Of a DNA stretch of 64,000 nucleotides, positions 10,431-21,640 are shown one piece after another. The translations under genes and the position numbers were made by a program. Source of the stretch: an uncultured bacterium (lineage in GTDB: Bacteria; Armatimonadota; Abditibacteriia; Abditibacteriales; Abditibacteriaceae). The notes beneath the pieces are model-generated. The model did not search any database, had not been told where the DNA came from, and saw only the letters and a program-made list of their open reading frames with translations. The stretch covers positions 62,001 through 126,000 of the forward strand of contig CAWJLW010000010.1 in the NCBI GenBank assembly GCA_963843795.1, given 5' to 3'. Each line of letters begins with the position of its first letter. Positions within the stretch are counted from its first letter, which is position 1.

Positions 10431-11942
10431 ATGTCAGAACACGAAAATCCGCTCGAGAATCATTTTCTTACCCGTCGACAATTGTTGGGGCGCATGGGCA
10501 ACGGCTTCGCAATGCTGGGCCTGGCGAGCGTTTTTGGCAGCGATGCTCTTGCCGCTGAAGCGCGCAAAACAACTGCGCAAAAAATCGCGACTGCGAATGC
10601 CACTGCTAAATTCAGTGCAGCAGATTTGCAGGGCGCGATGGACAATCCGCTCGCTCCGCGCGCCCCGCAGTTTCCCGTCAAGGCCAAACGGGTGATTTTT
10701 CTGTTCATGAATGGTGGGCCATCGCACGTCGATACTTTCGATCCCAAACCACAATTGACCAACTATCACGGCAAAGAAATACCGCTCAATCTTAGCACCG
10801 AGCGCAAAACCGGCGCGGCGCTGGGTTCGCCGTTTAAGTTCGACAAATACGGGCAAAGCGGTATCGAGGTGAGCGAGATTTTCAGCAAAACCGCACAGCA
10901 CGTCGATGAAATGGCGATTATCCGTTCGATGCACGCCGATGTGCCGAATCACGAGCCATCTCTGATGCTGATGAACTGCGGCGATGCGCGTCAAGTGCGG
11001 CCCAGCTTGGGCTCGTGGGTGACGTATGGTTTGGGAACCGAAAACCAAAATTTGCCGGGTTATATCGCGATGTGTCCAGGCGGTTTTCCGATTCAGGAAA
11101 CGCAAAACTGGCAGGCGGGTTTTCTGCCCGGCGTGCTGGCCGGCACTTATATCGACCCCAAGCAAACCGATATGGAGAAGTTAATCTCCAACATTCGCAA
11201 TCATCATCTCACGACCGACGAGCAGCGCGCGCAGTTGGATGTCGTGCAGCAATTGAACGCCGCGCATCTGAAAAATCGCGGGCAAGATTCGCAGATGGAA
11301 GCGCGCATTCAATCCTTTGAACTGGCGTATCGCATGCAAAGCGACGCGACCGATGCGTTTGACGTGGATAAAGAACCGCAGCACATCAAAGATTTGTATG
11401 GCGGCGGAAGTTACGCGCGCCAGTGTTTAATCGCGCGACGTTTGGCCGAGCGCGGAGTGCGCTTCATTCAGCTTTATCACGGCGCGGGTCAGCCGTGGGA
11501 TAATCACGACGACATCGAAGTCGGCCATCGCAATTTGGCTCAAGAATGTGACCAGGCGATTGCCGCTTTAATCACCGATTTGAAGCAGCGCGGAATGCTG
11601 GACGAAACGTTAATCATCTGGGGCGGCGAATTTGGCCGCACGCCAGTGGTCGAATTACCAACGCCCGGTGCCAACGCCGGCAAGCAAAATGGGCGCGACC
11701 ACAATCATTACGGCTTCACGATGTGGATGGCGGGCGGCGGCGTCAAAGGCGGCACAGTTTACGGCGCAACCGACGAATTCGGCTTCAAAGCCGAAGATAA
11801 ACCGGTTCATGTCCACGACTTGCACGCCACAATTTTGCGACTTCTGGGCTTCGATCACACGCAATTAACCTATCGCTACGCGGGTCGCGACTTCCGATTG
11901 ACCGATGTTCACGGGAATGTCATTTCGGATATTATTGCTTGA
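10431..11942 (+). CDS. DUF1501 (sulfatase-like fold) Tat-exported protein
   Basis: TRRQLL Tat motif; FMNGGPSHVDTFDPKP; WGGEFGRTP; GRDH; DLHATIL. Confidence 0.92.
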   Translation: MSEHENPLENHFLTRRQLLGRMGNGFAMLGLASVFGSDALAAEARKTTAQKIATANATAKFSAADLQGAMDNPLAPRAPQFPVKAKRVIFLFMNGGPSHVDTFDPKPQLTNYHGKEIPLNLSTERKTGAALGSPFKFDKYGQSGIEVSEIFSKTAQHVDEMAIIRSMHADVPNHEPSLMLMNCGDARQVRPSLGSWVTYGLGTENQNLPGYIAMCPGGFPIQETQNWQAGFLPGVLAGTYIDPKQTDMEKLISNIRNHHLTTDEQRAQLDVVQQLNAAHLKNRGQDSQMEARIQSFELAYRMQSDATDAFDVDKEPQHIKDLYGGGSYARQCLIARRLAERGVRFIQLYHGAGQPWDNHDDIEVGHRNLAQECDQAIAALITDLKQRGMLDETLIIWGGEFGRTPVVELPTPGANAGKQNGRDHNHYGFTMWMAGGGVKGGTVYGATDEFGFKAEDKPVHVHDLHATILRLLGFDHTQLTYRYAGRDFRLTDVHGNVISDIIA

Positions 11943-11965
11943 GGAATTGTGGTCTGATTTTGCAA

Positions 11966-11997
11966 AAAGCGCGTGGCAAGTACTTGCCACGCGCTTT
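11966..11997. terminator. 32-bp perfect palindrome centred on GCAAGTACTTGC
   Basis: AAAGCGCGTGGCAAGT|ACTTGCCACGCGCTTT between convergent genes. Confidence 0.75.
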
Positions 11998-12013
11998 AGT
12001 GTTTTCAGGTCTT

Positions 12014-13468
12014 TTAAGCGCGCTCGAAGTCAATAAAACCGCGTTTAATATCAACGCCTTTCAGCTTGACTTTCACGCGGTCGCCGACATCCAAACCGCG
12101 TTCGCCCTTCATCACGCGGCCTTCGATGGCGGGCGACATTGTGCGAATGTAAACGCCTTTGCTCGATGCGCCGGTCACGACGGCATCGAAGATTTCGCCG
12201 ACTCGCTCGCGCACTAATGTGGCGGCGGCGACTTTGCGCATCAGGCGCTCGACTTTCTGCGCAGCGGCTTCGCGTTCGGTGCAGTGCGCGGCGATTTTTT
12301 CCAGTTCGTCCACGCTGTAAGGCGCGGGCGCATCGGCGAGAAAGGCCAGCACGATGCGCTGCGTGACCAAATCGGGAAAGCGGCGGTTGGGCGCGGTGCT
12401 GTGCGCGTAATCTTGCAAGCCCAAACCGAAATGCCCGACGCCATCTTCCGGCCCTTGCACCACGACATATTCGCCTCGCCCCAGCAGTTTCAAAACCGAA
12501 AGCGATAGTTCACCGAAATGCGCGGGCGACTTATCGCGCTGCGAAGTCAGGAATTGCGATAGCGCGCGCGCATCGGGTTCTTCGGGCAAGGTTTCGCCAT
12601 ATTCGCGCGCGAGATCGACCAGTCGCGGCCAGCGTTGCGGTTCGCGCACCACGCGCTGAATCATCGCGCGGTGCGCAGCTTCCAAGCGCTGCGCCAGCAC
12701 CATATTCGCCGTGACCATGAAACTTTCGATAATCACGCGCGCCGCATTTTTGCGCGGCACTTCCATGCCGGTCACCTGCCCGTCTTTCACCACAGGCCGC
12801 GCTTCGGGCAGCTCAATATCGAGCGCGCCCTGACCCAATTGATGGCGTTTCAAGCGTTTGGCCGCTTCCCACTGCAACTCGATTTGCGCCTGCAAACCCT
12901 TGACGCGCGCGACTTCATCGGGCACATTTCCGCCATCGAGCCAATCGCCGACGCTCTCGTAATCCAATTTCCCACGATTGAAAACGCGCGCGCGATACAG
13001 CTCGCCGTGCAGCACTTCGCCATCGGCATCAATCGTCATTTCGGTGACGACTGCGAGACGTTCGCTTTCGAAATTGAGCGAAGTCAGGTCGGTCGATAAC
13101 TGCTCTGGCAGCATCGGGAAAACTTCGACGCCGGTGTAAATCGAGGACGTGTTGTGCGCGGCGTGCGAATCAATCGGCGTGCCCGCAAGTACTTGCGACG
13201 CGACATCGGCGATGCCGACGCACACGCGAATGCGATTGTCGTCTAATTTTTCGCACCACTCGATTTGATCCAAATCGCGCGATTCCTCGTTATCAATCGA
13301 CGACCACAATTTGTCGCGCATATCGCGAATCGCAGCGTCAGTTTCGGGCGGCGCTGCGGCAATTTTCTCCAGTTGCGCCTGCACTTCCGAAGAAAATCGT
13401 ATTTCAAAACCAGCATCGCGCGTGGCCTGCTCGGCACGCTCGCGCAAATCATAAGAAGATGAAGTCAT
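12014..13468 (-). CDS. RNB-domain (RNase II/R family) exoribonuclease with C-terminal S1 domain
   Basis: SIDNEESRDLDQ, IADV, HFGL...YAHSTAPNRRFPDL, C-terminal RGFIDF. Confidence 0.88.
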   Translation of the reverse strand: MTSSSYDLRERAEQATRDAGFEIRFSSEVQAQLEKIAAAPPETDAAIRDMRDKLWSSIDNEESRDLDQIEWCEKLDDNRIRVCVGIADVASQVLAGTPIDSHAAHNTSSIYTGVEVFPMLPEQLSTDLTSLNFESERLAVVTEMTIDADGEVLHGELYRARVFNRGKLDYESVGDWLDGGNVPDEVARVKGLQAQIELQWEAAKRLKRHQLGQGALDIELPEARPVVKDGQVTGMEVPRKNAARVIIESFMVTANMVLAQRLEAAHRAMIQRVVREPQRWPRLVDLAREYGETLPEEPDARALSQFLTSQRDKSPAHFGELSLSVLKLLGRGEYVVVQGPEDGVGHFGLGLQDYAHSTAPNRRFPDLVTQRIVLAFLADAPAPYSVDELEKIAAHCTEREAAAQKVERLMRKVAAATLVRERVGEIFDAVVTGASSKGVYIRTMSPAIEGRVMKGERGLDVGDRVKVKLKGVDIKRGFIDFERA

Positions 13469-13504
13469 ACGTTTTTTGGTGGCGATTTAAATGCCGCGAA
13501 ATAC

Positions 13505-13540
13505 AAAAAGCGCTCTGCAAGTACTTGCAGAGCGCTTTTT
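13505..13540. terminator. 36-bp perfect palindrome centred on GCAAGTACTTGC
   Basis: AAAAAGCGCTCTGCAAGT|ACTTGCAGAGCGCTTTTT just downstream of the minus-strand DUF1552 gene. Confidence 0.8.
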
Positions 13541-13557
13541 CATTCGATGATTCAATT

Positions 13558-14964
13558 TCAAGCCATGATTTCGCTGAGCACGCCAGCGCCGCATAAATCG
13601 GGGTTGCCGAATTTGTCGATGCGGTGGCCCATGCCGTGCGCAATCGACATCAGCAAGCGGTTGTGCGGCACTTTATCGAATTGCAGAGAGCGGCCCATGC
13701 TCATGCCGAAACCGCCGCCGAGCAGCACAAACGGGATGTTGTCGAGCGTATGTGAATTGCCCTGACCGAGTTCGTTTGTCCATACAATAAGCGTGTTATC
13801 TAGCAGAGAGCCTTCGCCGTTGGGTTCGGGCGTTTCGCTCAGGCGCTTGGCGAGATAAGCCATTTGTTCGGCATACCACGCATTGATGCGCGTCAGCTTT
13901 TCCTGCGCGTCGGCGTCGCTGTCGGGTTCGTGCGATAAGGAATGCTGACCTTTTTCGATGCCGAGCCACGTAAAGCGCGCCTCGCCGACCGAGTTAGTGT
14001 ATTGCAGCGTCGCCACGCGCATAAAATCTGCCGCGAACGCACCGACCATTAAATCGATTTGCTGCTTGGAAATTTGCGGAATGCTGTCGTTGTCTTCTTT
14101 GAGGCCCGGTTCCAAAACCGGCACTGCATGGCCCACATCTTTTCGCACGCCTTGCAGCTCTCGCTCCATTTCGCGCACTAAATTGGTGTGCTCATCCAAA
14201 ATCTGACGATCTTCGCGGCTTACATTCGAGCGCACACGCTTCAAATCGTCGCCCAAATCGTCCAGAATCGAGCGCAAACTTTCCTGGTCTTTGGCCTGAC
14301 CATACAATTTCTTGAACATTTGATACGGATTATCAATCGGCGCAACCGGCTTGTTCGGGCCGGCGTAGCTCATGCGCGTCCAAGTATCGGCGCGTTCGGG
14401 CACCATGACGCCGAATTCCAGCGAGCCAAAGCGCGTGCGGGTTTGCGGATTCGCCTGCAAGAAATTCTTCAATTCTTGGTCGATGGAAATGCCGCTCGAC
14501 CAGCCCGCGGGCGAATCGCTGCCGCCTTGCACGTTGCCGGGAAACAGTTCCGCGCCGGTCAGCAAACAACCGATGCCACGCATATGACTGTCGCCATCGC
14601 CGCGTAATTTGTCGTAAATGCCCTTTAAAACCAGAGTTTTGTCTTTGAAAGGTTCCAGCGGTTTCAGGCTTTCTTTGAAGGCGAAATCGGCGCCAGTTTT
14701 ATCGGGCCAAAACGTTGAGGGCACCACACCATCGGGGCTGAACATGATAATTAAACGTTGCTTGCGCGACACACCACCAGATTTCACACCGTTTTCCGCC
14801 GCGAACGAAGGCAAATTGCCGACGAACGGCAAGGCTGCGGCGCTCAAACCGACAGTGCGCAAAAACTGGCGGCGCGAATGTGAACGCACTTCCTGAGTGT
14901 GTACATCGCGCAATTCGGGCGCGTTCAAACGAATTTCATCTTCCGGGTGATCGTATCTGCTCAT
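13558..14964 (-). CDS. DUF1552 (HXXSHH) Tat-exported protein
   Basis: SRRQFL Tat motif; [24 protein letters not shown]. Confidence 0.88.
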   Translation of the reverse strand: MSRYDHPEDEIRLNAPELRDVHTQEVRSHSRRQFLRTVGLSAAALPFVGNLPSFAAENGVKSGGVSRKQRLIIMFSPDGVVPSTFWPDKTGADFAFKESLKPLEPFKDKTLVLKGIYDKLRGDGDSHMRGIGCLLTGAELFPGNVQGGSDSPAGWSSGISIDQELKNFLQANPQTRTRFGSLEFGVMVPERADTWTRMSYAGPNKPVAPIDNPYQMFKKLYGQAKDQESLRSILDDLGDDLKRVRSNVSREDRQILDEHTNLVREMERELQGVRKDVGHAVPVLEPGLKEDNDSIPQISKQQIDLMVGAFAADFMRVATLQYTNSVGEARFTWLGIEKGQHSLSHEPDSDADAQEKLTRINAWYAEQMAYLAKRLSETPEPNGEGSLLDNTLIVWTNELGQGNSHTLDNIPFVLLGGGFGMSMGRSLQFDKVPHNRLLMSIAHGMGHRIDKFGNPDLCGAGVLSEIMA

Positions 14965-15067
14965 AATATTCTCGACAAGTATTTGCAAGGCCAACAGTTG
15001 CCACTTCGACAGTTCCACAAACGAGTTAGTTTCGATGGCTGACCGCTGCAAGTACTTGCAGCAGCAT

Positions 15068-17599
15068 TTACGCCATCGCCGCCAAAACGGCGCTTTCGAT
15101 CATCTGCTGGCGCATATTGAAATTGTTATCGCGGAAGATTTTCTGCAACAGGGCAGGCGTTTGCGCACCATAGGCTTTGACTGGCTGCTTCACAATATGA
15201 TGAAACAATTTCTCGACCCACGCCGCGTGAACTTCTTGGCTATTGGCCAAAAACTTCGCCAAATCCTGACTGCCGATAAATTTCGCTTCTTTGCCATCGC
15301 GTCCGCGATAACTACCGCTGGCATCGACGTTGACATTGTTTTCCTTGGCACGAATGCGACCAATGGCGTCGAATTTCTCCAGCGAAAAGCCCAGCGGATT
15401 AATGAGATTATGGCAATTCGCGCACGCTGCAGGTTTGGTTTGCATCGCCACGCGCTGCCGCGTCGTCATGTTCGGATGCAATTTCGCTTCCAGTGGCACA
15501 AACGCCGCGGGCGGCGGCATCAAGCGCCGTCCCAGAACGTTGCGCGCAATTAGTACGCCGCGGTGAATCGGCGAACTGCCATCGACATAAGCAAAGCTCG
15601 ATAGCACATAAGGATGGGTTAAAATTCCACTGCGCCGTCCGTAATCCATTTTCACCGGCTGAAACGGCGCGTTGCCGTTCAACGGCTCACCGTAAATTTT
15701 CGCCAGACGACCGTTGAGCCAAATTTTGTCCGAAAGCATCAATTCACGAAAATCCGAAGCCTCGCTCCACACGATGGAATCGAGTTGCATTTCTAACGAC
15801 GTACGCAAATCGGTGCGAATTTGGTCATCGAAATCGGGATACAATTCCGCGCTTTTGGCCAAATCGGGATAGGCATCGACTTTGAGCCAGCTAACCAAAA
15901 ATTCGCGCATTTTCCCGCGCGCGCGCGGGTCGTTACTCATGCGCTGCGCCTGAGCAAGTACTTGCGCGCGCGTTTTCAATTCGTCTTTTTCTGCCGCCTT
16001 CCACAAAATGTCATCGGGTGCAGAATCCCACAGCGCGAACGATAAACGCGACGCGACATCGAAAGCGTTCGATTTCGATGTCGCAAGTACTTGCGATGCA
16101 TTTTTTTCAACAGCAACGGTTTGAATTGTCGCGTGTGCGGAAACAGATGCGGACGCGCTTTCGCGTTTTTCGGCTGCGACTTCACGATACAAAAAGCGCG
16201 GCGATTTGAGCGATAAAAGCACGACACGCTTAATGGCGATTTCCACATTCGGCGCGGCTTTCCATTGGCGGTCGATGAAAAATTCCGCATCTTCATCGCT
16301 TAAAGGGCGACGAAAAGCATAAGTTACGAAGCGGCGACAAAACTCTCTCAACTTCGCTTCGCGGTCCTTGTCGTCGTCAGACACACCAGAAAGTTCGCGC
16401 AAATTATCGCTGACATAAGCGGCGGTTTCGAGTGCGGCCTGCGTCGTGGCATCGTCCCATTCTTTGGAAACCGTGGTGCCGCGTTCATAGCCGATGCTGC
16501 GGTCATCGGGCGGAAAAATCGTATCGGGGGCAAAAACGCGCGGCGCGCTCTGCGGCGACAGCCACTGCCCTTCGATGATTTCTTCCACGCGGTGCGGTCG
16601 CTTCCACGCCAGAGCGACCGAAGCGACCTGAGGCGGCTTTTCCTTGAGTTTTTTCAAGTCGTCGACGCCGGTCACGCCCTTGAACCATTCCAATCGCAGA
16701 GGATAATAACGCCCACCCTGCAACCAGATCTCAGCGCGATATTCGTTGCTATCGCCCGATTTAATGCGCGCATCCACGAGCGGCGTTTTCATGTCGTTGA
16801 GATAAAATTCGCCTGCCTGTTCGGTGCGCAAAACGAACTCGTATAAACCGGTTTCGGGCGCGAAAACCGAGCCTTCCCAGCGCATTTTGAACTGATACGG
16901 ATCGTCTTGTTCGGGCAAAGCGCCCAGAGCAGCGTAACGAAAATCGATCTTGTTATCGACGCGCTCGACCACCGGGTCTCTGTCGCCACGCGTTTTGAAA
17001 TATTTGCCGTTTAAACCACGCCGTTCGTCATGCGCTTGGGTATTGCGAAAGTTTGCGATTAAATCGCTCAGGGCGTTACGGGTTTGATTGACCGTCAAGC
17101 GCGACAACTCGATGCGCGCCGGCGCGTTGCGCGCCTGGGCGATGGGCGAATAAAAAGTTTCGTAAACATAGGCCGCGACGGCTTTGGCATCGCGTTCGGG
17201 CAGTTTCTTGGGCGCATCAGGCGGCATTTCTGCTGCGATGAATTTCGATAGTTCCTGCACCGATTGATCTCCGGCCAATGCCGAACGATAACCTTTGCCG
17301 CCTTCGCCCTTGGCACCGTGACAGGTCGCACACATCTGCGTCCAAATCTGCGCGCCCGTGCGCGCCACACCGGCTTTTGCGGGCGCTTTGGCCATTGTCT
17401 GAGCTTTTGACTGAGAAGTCGATTTAGAGGGCGCCTTGGCTGTTGATTTTTTGGTTTGGGCAACGAGTAGCGGCACCGCCACATAAGCGCGCGGTCGCGC
17501 TGACGCCAGTGCGACCTGCCAGACGCCGGGCACTGCTGCCGCCGCCACCAGGCCGATAGCGAAGCGTGCTTGGGATGCAGAAAAACGCGAAAGTGTCAT
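15068..17599 (-). CDS. Cytochrome c / PA14 / DUF1592 / DUF1588 / DUF1585 protein
   Basis: CATCH; PA14-like [35 protein letters not shown]...[16 protein letters not shown]. Confidence 0.88.
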   Translation of the reverse strand: MTLSRFSASQARFAIGLVAAAAVPGVWQVALASARPRAYVAVPLLVAQTKKSTAKAPSKSTSQSKAQTMAKAPAKAGVARTGAQIWTQMCATCHGAKGEGGKGYRSALAGDQSVQELSKFIAAEMPPDAPKKLPERDAKAVAAYVYETFYSPIAQARNAPARIELSRLTVNQTRNALSDLIANFRNTQAHDERRGLNGKYFKTRGDRDPVVERVDNKIDFRYAALGALPEQDDPYQFKMRWEGSVFAPETGLYEFVLRTEQAGEFYLNDMKTPLVDARIKSGDSNEYRAEIWLQGGRYYPLRLEWFKGVTGVDDLKKLKEKPPQVASVALAWKRPHRVEEIIEGQWLSPQSAPRVFAPDTIFPPDDRSIGYERGTTVSKEWDDATTQAALETAAYVSDNLRELSGVSDDDKDREAKLREFCRRFVTYAFRRPLSDEDAEFFIDRQWKAAPNVEIAIKRVVLLSLKSPRFLYREVAAEKRESASASVSAHATIQTVAVEKNASQVLATSKSNAFDVASRLSFALWDSAPDDILWKAAEKDELKTRAQVLAQAQRMSNDPRARGKMREFLVSWLKVDAYPDLAKSAELYPDFDDQIRTDLRTSLEMQLDSIVWSEASDFRELMLSDKIWLNGRLAKIYGEPLNGNAPFQPVKMDYGRRSGILTHPYVLSSFAYVDGSSPIHRGVLIARNVLGRRLMPPPAAFVPLEAKLHPNMTTRQRVAMQTKPAACANCHNLINPLGFSLEKFDAIGRIRAKENNVNVDASGSYRGRDGKEAKFIGSQDLAKFLANSQEVHAAWVEKLFHHIVKQPVKAYGAQTPALLQKIFRDNNFNMRQQMIESAVLAAMA

Positions 17600-17699
17600 G
17601 AAAAAAAGCGGATTCAATCGTAAGCGGAATGTTCTTTTCGAGAGCCTAAAGTTTCAAAAGTTGCATTTCATTTGCGCCTTCGCCGTAATCTCACTTTTG

Positions 17700-17747
17700 A
17701 AAAACACAAAAGCGTTCTCGAATTTTCGAGAACGCTTTTGTGTTTTC
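17700..17747 (-). terminator. Long inverted repeat downstream of tatA (no palindrome core)
   Basis: AAAACACAAAAGCGTTCTCGAA-TT-TTCGAGAACGCTTTTGTGTTTT. Confidence 0.8.
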
Positions 17748-17769
17748 GAGCGATTGGCTCAAAGTTGGT

Positions 17770-17955
17770 TTAGACGTGGTTGGGGGTGTTGGTTTCTTTG
17801 AGTTTGCGCTCGTCTTCGTCGTCGTCGCGCGTAGCTTTGCGAAATTCTCGCATACCTTCGCCCATGCCGCGCATCAGTTGCGGGATTTTAGCGCCGCCGA
17901 ACAACACCAGCACGATCAGCAAAATCCACATTAATTCTGGTCCACCAAATGGCAT
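17770..17955 (-). CDS. tatA: Twin-arginine translocase TatA/TatE
   Basis: GGPELMWILLIVLVLFGGAKIPQLMRGMGEGMREFRK; AAGGAG ribosome-binding site. Confidence 0.95.
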   Translation of the reverse strand: MPFGGPELMWILLIVLVLFGGAKIPQLMRGMGEGMREFRKATRDDDEDERKLKETNTPNHV

Positions 17956-18245
17956 AACAAGCTCCTTCTATCGGTCGTCAATTTAAATTCAAAACGGTTT
18001 TTTCGACATTGCGAATGGCTGCGCTGAGTTTGACACTCTGCTCGCCGTCTCACAAGGCCGCGAATCCGAACCTTCCTTATGACATCTCGCGCGCATTCAG
18101 GTGTCAGAACGTAAAGTCGAACACTGTTATTAAAGCGTGCAGACGTGCTCCTCTCAAAGCGCGCTCCATTTTGTTGGCGGTTGTTGAACGCGGTTGTTGA
18201 ACGCGGTTTTCGTGCGGCCCCAACAGAACGGAGAAGGCCAAAAAA

Positions 18246-18254
18246 TGCTATAAT
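18246..18254 (+). promoter_or_regulatory. Extended -10 promoter of the alr-cdaA-cdaR cluster
   Basis: TGCTATAAT matches TGnTATAAT, 35 nt upstream of the alr ATG. Confidence 0.55.
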
Positions 18255-18289
18255 CGCCATGCCCGTTCAATTGATTAAGTAGTTTTGCG

Positions 18290-19450
18290 ATGCCGTTCGT
18301 TTCCACCTTCCCCTCCGCTTCTGTGGCGACATCTTCGCGCCCGATCTGGGCCGAAATCGACCGCGCGGCGTGGCTGCACAATTTGCACGCGCTTCATCGG
18401 CACACCAACACCGCGCTCCTCTGCGTCCTCAAGGCCGATGGCTACGGGCACGGTGCATTGGGACTGGCACAAACCCTTGAGGCAAGTACTTGCGGCGCTT
18501 CAAAAATCGTGAAAATGCTCGGCGTCGCCTCAGTCGATGAAGGCATTGCGCTGCGCCAAATCGGCATCACGCGTCCGATTCTGCTCTTGTCAGCGGTTTT
18601 GCCCATTGAAGCCGAAGCCCTCGTACAGCACGATCTCACACCCACAGTTTTCACTCATCAGCTGGCGCAGGCACTGGAAAATTCTGCTGCGTGCCGGCAA
18701 AAAACGCTGCCGATTCATGTGAAAATCGACACCGGAATGCACCGTTTGGGCGTGGCTCACGAAAGTGCGCGTGAATTTTTGACTCAGCTACGCGCTTACT
18801 CGCATTTGCTCATCGATGGCATTTACACGCATTTTTCCAGTGCCGATGAAGATGTGACGTTTACCCATTGCCAGCGCCAGCGTTTTGTCGATGCGCTGCC
18901 GGAATTTGCGGTGGCGCGACCGATTTTGCACGCGTCCAACAGCGCGGCTGCACTGCAATTTCCGGCAGCGCATTTCGATATGGTGCGTCCCGGCATTGCA
19001 ACTTATGGATTGTGGCCGAGCGACGATTTGCGCGTGCGGCGCCCGCTGGATTTGCGCCCGGTGATGAATTTGCGCGCGCGCGTCACGCATCTCGCAACTG
19101 TTGCGCGCGGCGAAGGTGTTTCTTATGGCGCGACGTGGTGCGCAACGCGAACTTCGAAAATTGCCATCGTGCCCGCCGGTTACGCCGACGGCTACCCGCG
19201 TCGCGCCAGTGGTAGCGCGCAGGTTCTCATCGGCGGCCAGCGCTGCAACGTTGTCGGGCGCGTCACGATGGATCAGATTTTGGTCGATGTGACCGATTTG
19301 AAAAATATTCAGTTGGGCGATATCGTGACATTGTGGGGACGCGATGGCGACAGCGAACTGAGCGCCGATGAGGTGGCCAACTGGGCGCAAACCATTGGTT
19401 ATGAAATTGTGTGCGGCGTGGCACCGCGCGTCCAACGCATTTTGTGCTAA
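18290..19450 (+). CDS. alr: Alanine racemase
   Basis: VLKADGYGHG, KIDTGMHRLG, VRPG, VSYG, GYADGYPR, VGRVTMDQ, TIGYEI. Confidence 0.97.
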   Translation: MPFVSTFPSASVATSSRPIWAEIDRAAWLHNLHALHRHTNTALLCVLKADGYGHGALGLAQTLEASTCGASKIVKMLGVASVDEGIALRQIGITRPILLLSAVLPIEAEALVQHDLTPTVFTHQLAQALENSAACRQKTLPIHVKIDTGMHRLGVAHESAREFLTQLRAYSHLLIDGIYTHFSSADEDVTFTHCQRQRFVDALPEFAVARPILHASNSAAALQFPAAHFDMVRPGIATYGLWPSDDLRVRRPLDLRPVMNLRARVTHLATVARGEGVSYGATWCATRTSKIAIVPAGYADGYPRRASGSAQVLIGGQRCNVVGRVTMDQILVDVTDLKNIQLGDIVTLWGRDGDSELSADEVANWAQTIGYEIVCGVAPRVQRILC

Positions 19451-19571
19451 GCACATAAAATAAAGATAGGTTTCCAAGAACGGTTGTGTTTGCGTGGCAA
19501 GTACTTGCCGCGCTGTTTGAAACTTCAAATTGCAACTTCAAATTCAAACTTCAAATGCCTTGTGAATTCCG

Positions 19572-20471
19572 ATGAATTTCGTATTTTGGCCCGGCACTTC
19601 AGCGTTGCGCGATTTGTACCGTCAGTTGGATTTGGCGGCGTTGCTCGACATCGCTTTGGTGGCGACCGCGATTTATTATCTGTTGCTCTTAGCTCAGGGC
19701 ACGCGCGCCATGCAACTGCTCAAAGGGTTGGCGATTCTGCTCGTCATCATGAAAGCGGCGCAGTGGCTGGGCATGGACACGTTGCAATGGATTATCGGAC
19801 AGGCGATTTTTGCTTCGGCAGTTGTCGTCGTGATTCTCTTTCAACCCGAACTGCGCGCCGCGTTGAACCAGTTGGGGCGCGGGCAATTCGATTTCGGATT
19901 CGGACGCAGTTCCAGCACGCAGACGCGCGCCATCGGGGAAATTACGCGCGCGGTCGAAACGCTGGCCGCCCAACGCACTGGCGCGTTAATTGTCATCGAG
20001 CGCACGACCGGCTTGGACGACATCGCCCAAACCGGCACCAAAATCAATGGCGTGTTATCGAGCGAACTGTTGGGCGCGATTTTCCACAACGGCAATCCAC
20101 TGCACGATGGCGCGTGTCTGATTCACGATGAAACTATCGCCGCTGCCGCCTGCATTTTGCCGCTTTCGCAAACTCAGGCGCTGCCACGCACCGTCGGCAC
20201 GCGCCATCGGGCCGCGCTGGGTTTGAGCGAAACCACAGATGCGCTGGTGATTGTGGTCAGCGAAGAAACCGGCAACATCAGTCTGGCGACCGATGGAACG
20301 ATGAACTCGATTTTACAAACGCGTTTGCTGGGCAACGAACTAATGTCGCGTTTGGGCGGCAGCGAAGGCGCGCCGTTGTTGCGCCCCTTCGCGCGCAGCT
20401 TTGCCCAAACTGCGCTCAATGTGCCGCGCTCGACGCTGGGAACTTTGCGCGCCGTTTTGAACCGACGATAG
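19572..20471 (+). CDS. cdaA: Membrane diadenylate cyclase
   Basis: Three N-terminal TM helices, FQPELR, PLHDGA, GTRHRAALG, VSEETG. Confidence 0.95.
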   Translation: MNFVFWPGTSALRDLYRQLDLAALLDIALVATAIYYLLLLAQGTRAMQLLKGLAILLVIMKAAQWLGMDTLQWIIGQAIFASAVVVVILFQPELRAALNQLGRGQFDFGFGRSSSTQTRAIGEITRAVETLAAQRTGALIVIERTTGLDDIAQTGTKINGVLSSELLGAIFHNGNPLHDGACLIHDETIAAAACILPLSQTQALPRTVGTRHRAALGLSETTDALVIVVSEETGNISLATDGTMNSILQTRLLGNELMSRLGGSEGAPLLRPFARSFAQTALNVPRSTLGTLRAVLNRR

Positions 20472-20578
20472 AATTTCGAAAGGAGAATGCGGAAGTCGCA
20501 TTTCAAAACGTTTTCTTCACGGCAAGTACTTGCAGCGCAAACTTTCACCTCCGACCGCCCAAATTCCACATTCCGAAT

Positions 20579-21640
20579 ATGCAACGTTTGCTTTTCAACT
20601 GGAAATTAAAATTCACCGCATTGGTTTTATCGCTCGCGTTGTGGAGCCATGTGCGCGGCGAAGTGAATCCTTGGGAAACCGCGACTTTTCGCGTGCCGCT
20701 GAAATGGACGGCGCCACCGCGTACTATCGCGCTCAACGGCGACAAGATTCCTGCCATCGTGCGCGTCAATTTGCGCGCGCCGCGTTCACGTTTGCGCGAA
20801 CTTAAGGGTTTTGCGCCCACCAACCCGCTGGCACCCGCCGGAGAAACCACATTAAGTAATGGCGATGTCACGGCAACCCTCGACTTCGCCCTCGCACGGC
20901 GTGGTGAACAGGATGTGCCAATTAAAGCCGAATCGCGTTTCGATGATGTCGAGATTATCGGTGTGCGACCCAGCGATGTCATCGTTCAACTCGACCGTGC
21001 CGAAACGCGCAGTTTTCCGATTCAAGCGCAAGATTTTTCCAGTCGCGGTTATCGCATCGAAAATATGCAACTCGAAAACCAGAGCGCTGTGGTTTCAGGC
21101 TTGTCGAACGCCTTGGAAAAGGTGGTGCGCGTGCGCGCCCGCGTGCGTTCGGGCGCACTAAAATTGAACGTGCGCCAGCGCACCGCAGCGCCACTCGAGG
21201 CCATCGATGCGCAGGGCGAAACCGTGCCCAACGTGCGCGTCGAAAGCGAAAGCGTGGGCGTTTCCGCCGTGCTGCGCGAACGCATCATCGAACGCCGTTT
21301 ACCGGTCAGCGCCCGACTTATTGGCGCGCTGCAAAGCGAAACTCCCGAAATCCAATTGCGACCTTCGAGCCTTCTGGTGCGCGGCCCGGAACTGCAAATC
21401 GAGAAAATCCAAACTTTGTACTGCGAAGTTTCACTCGGAGAATTGCAAACCCAAACCACGCTGCGCCGCCGCGTGGCGCTACCTGCACGCGTCATCGCCG
21501 TCAATAGCGCTTTCGTCACGCTGCAAGTAACTTGCAGCGTCCGCTGTGCCAACTCTCGCCACACCAACACCATCCCCGACTTCGACAGTAAGCGCAATTG
21601 CGACGACTTCGCCCACAATTCCCGCCACGCAGCCAGCTAA
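20579..21640 (+). CDS. cdaR: YbbR/CdaR-like cyclase regulator (true stop probably 21662; extra A near 21530)
   Basis: N-terminal NWKLKFTALVLSLALW anchor, YbbR-like beta repeats, position directly after cdaA. Confidence 0.75.
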   Translation: MQRLLFNWKLKFTALVLSLALWSHVRGEVNPWETATFRVPLKWTAPPRTIALNGDKIPAIVRVNLRAPRSRLRELKGFAPTNPLAPAGETTLSNGDVTATLDFALARRGEQDVPIKAESRFDDVEIIGVRPSDVIVQLDRAETRSFPIQAQDFSSRGYRIENMQLENQSAVVSGLSNALEKVVRVRARVRSGALKLNVRQRTAAPLEAIDAQGETVPNVRVESESVGVSAVLRERIIERRLPVSARLIGALQSETPEIQLRPSSLLVRGPELQIEKIQTLYCEVSLGELQTQTTLRRRVALPARVIAVNSAFVTLQVTCSVRCANSRHTNTIPDFDSKRNCDDFAHNSRHAAS

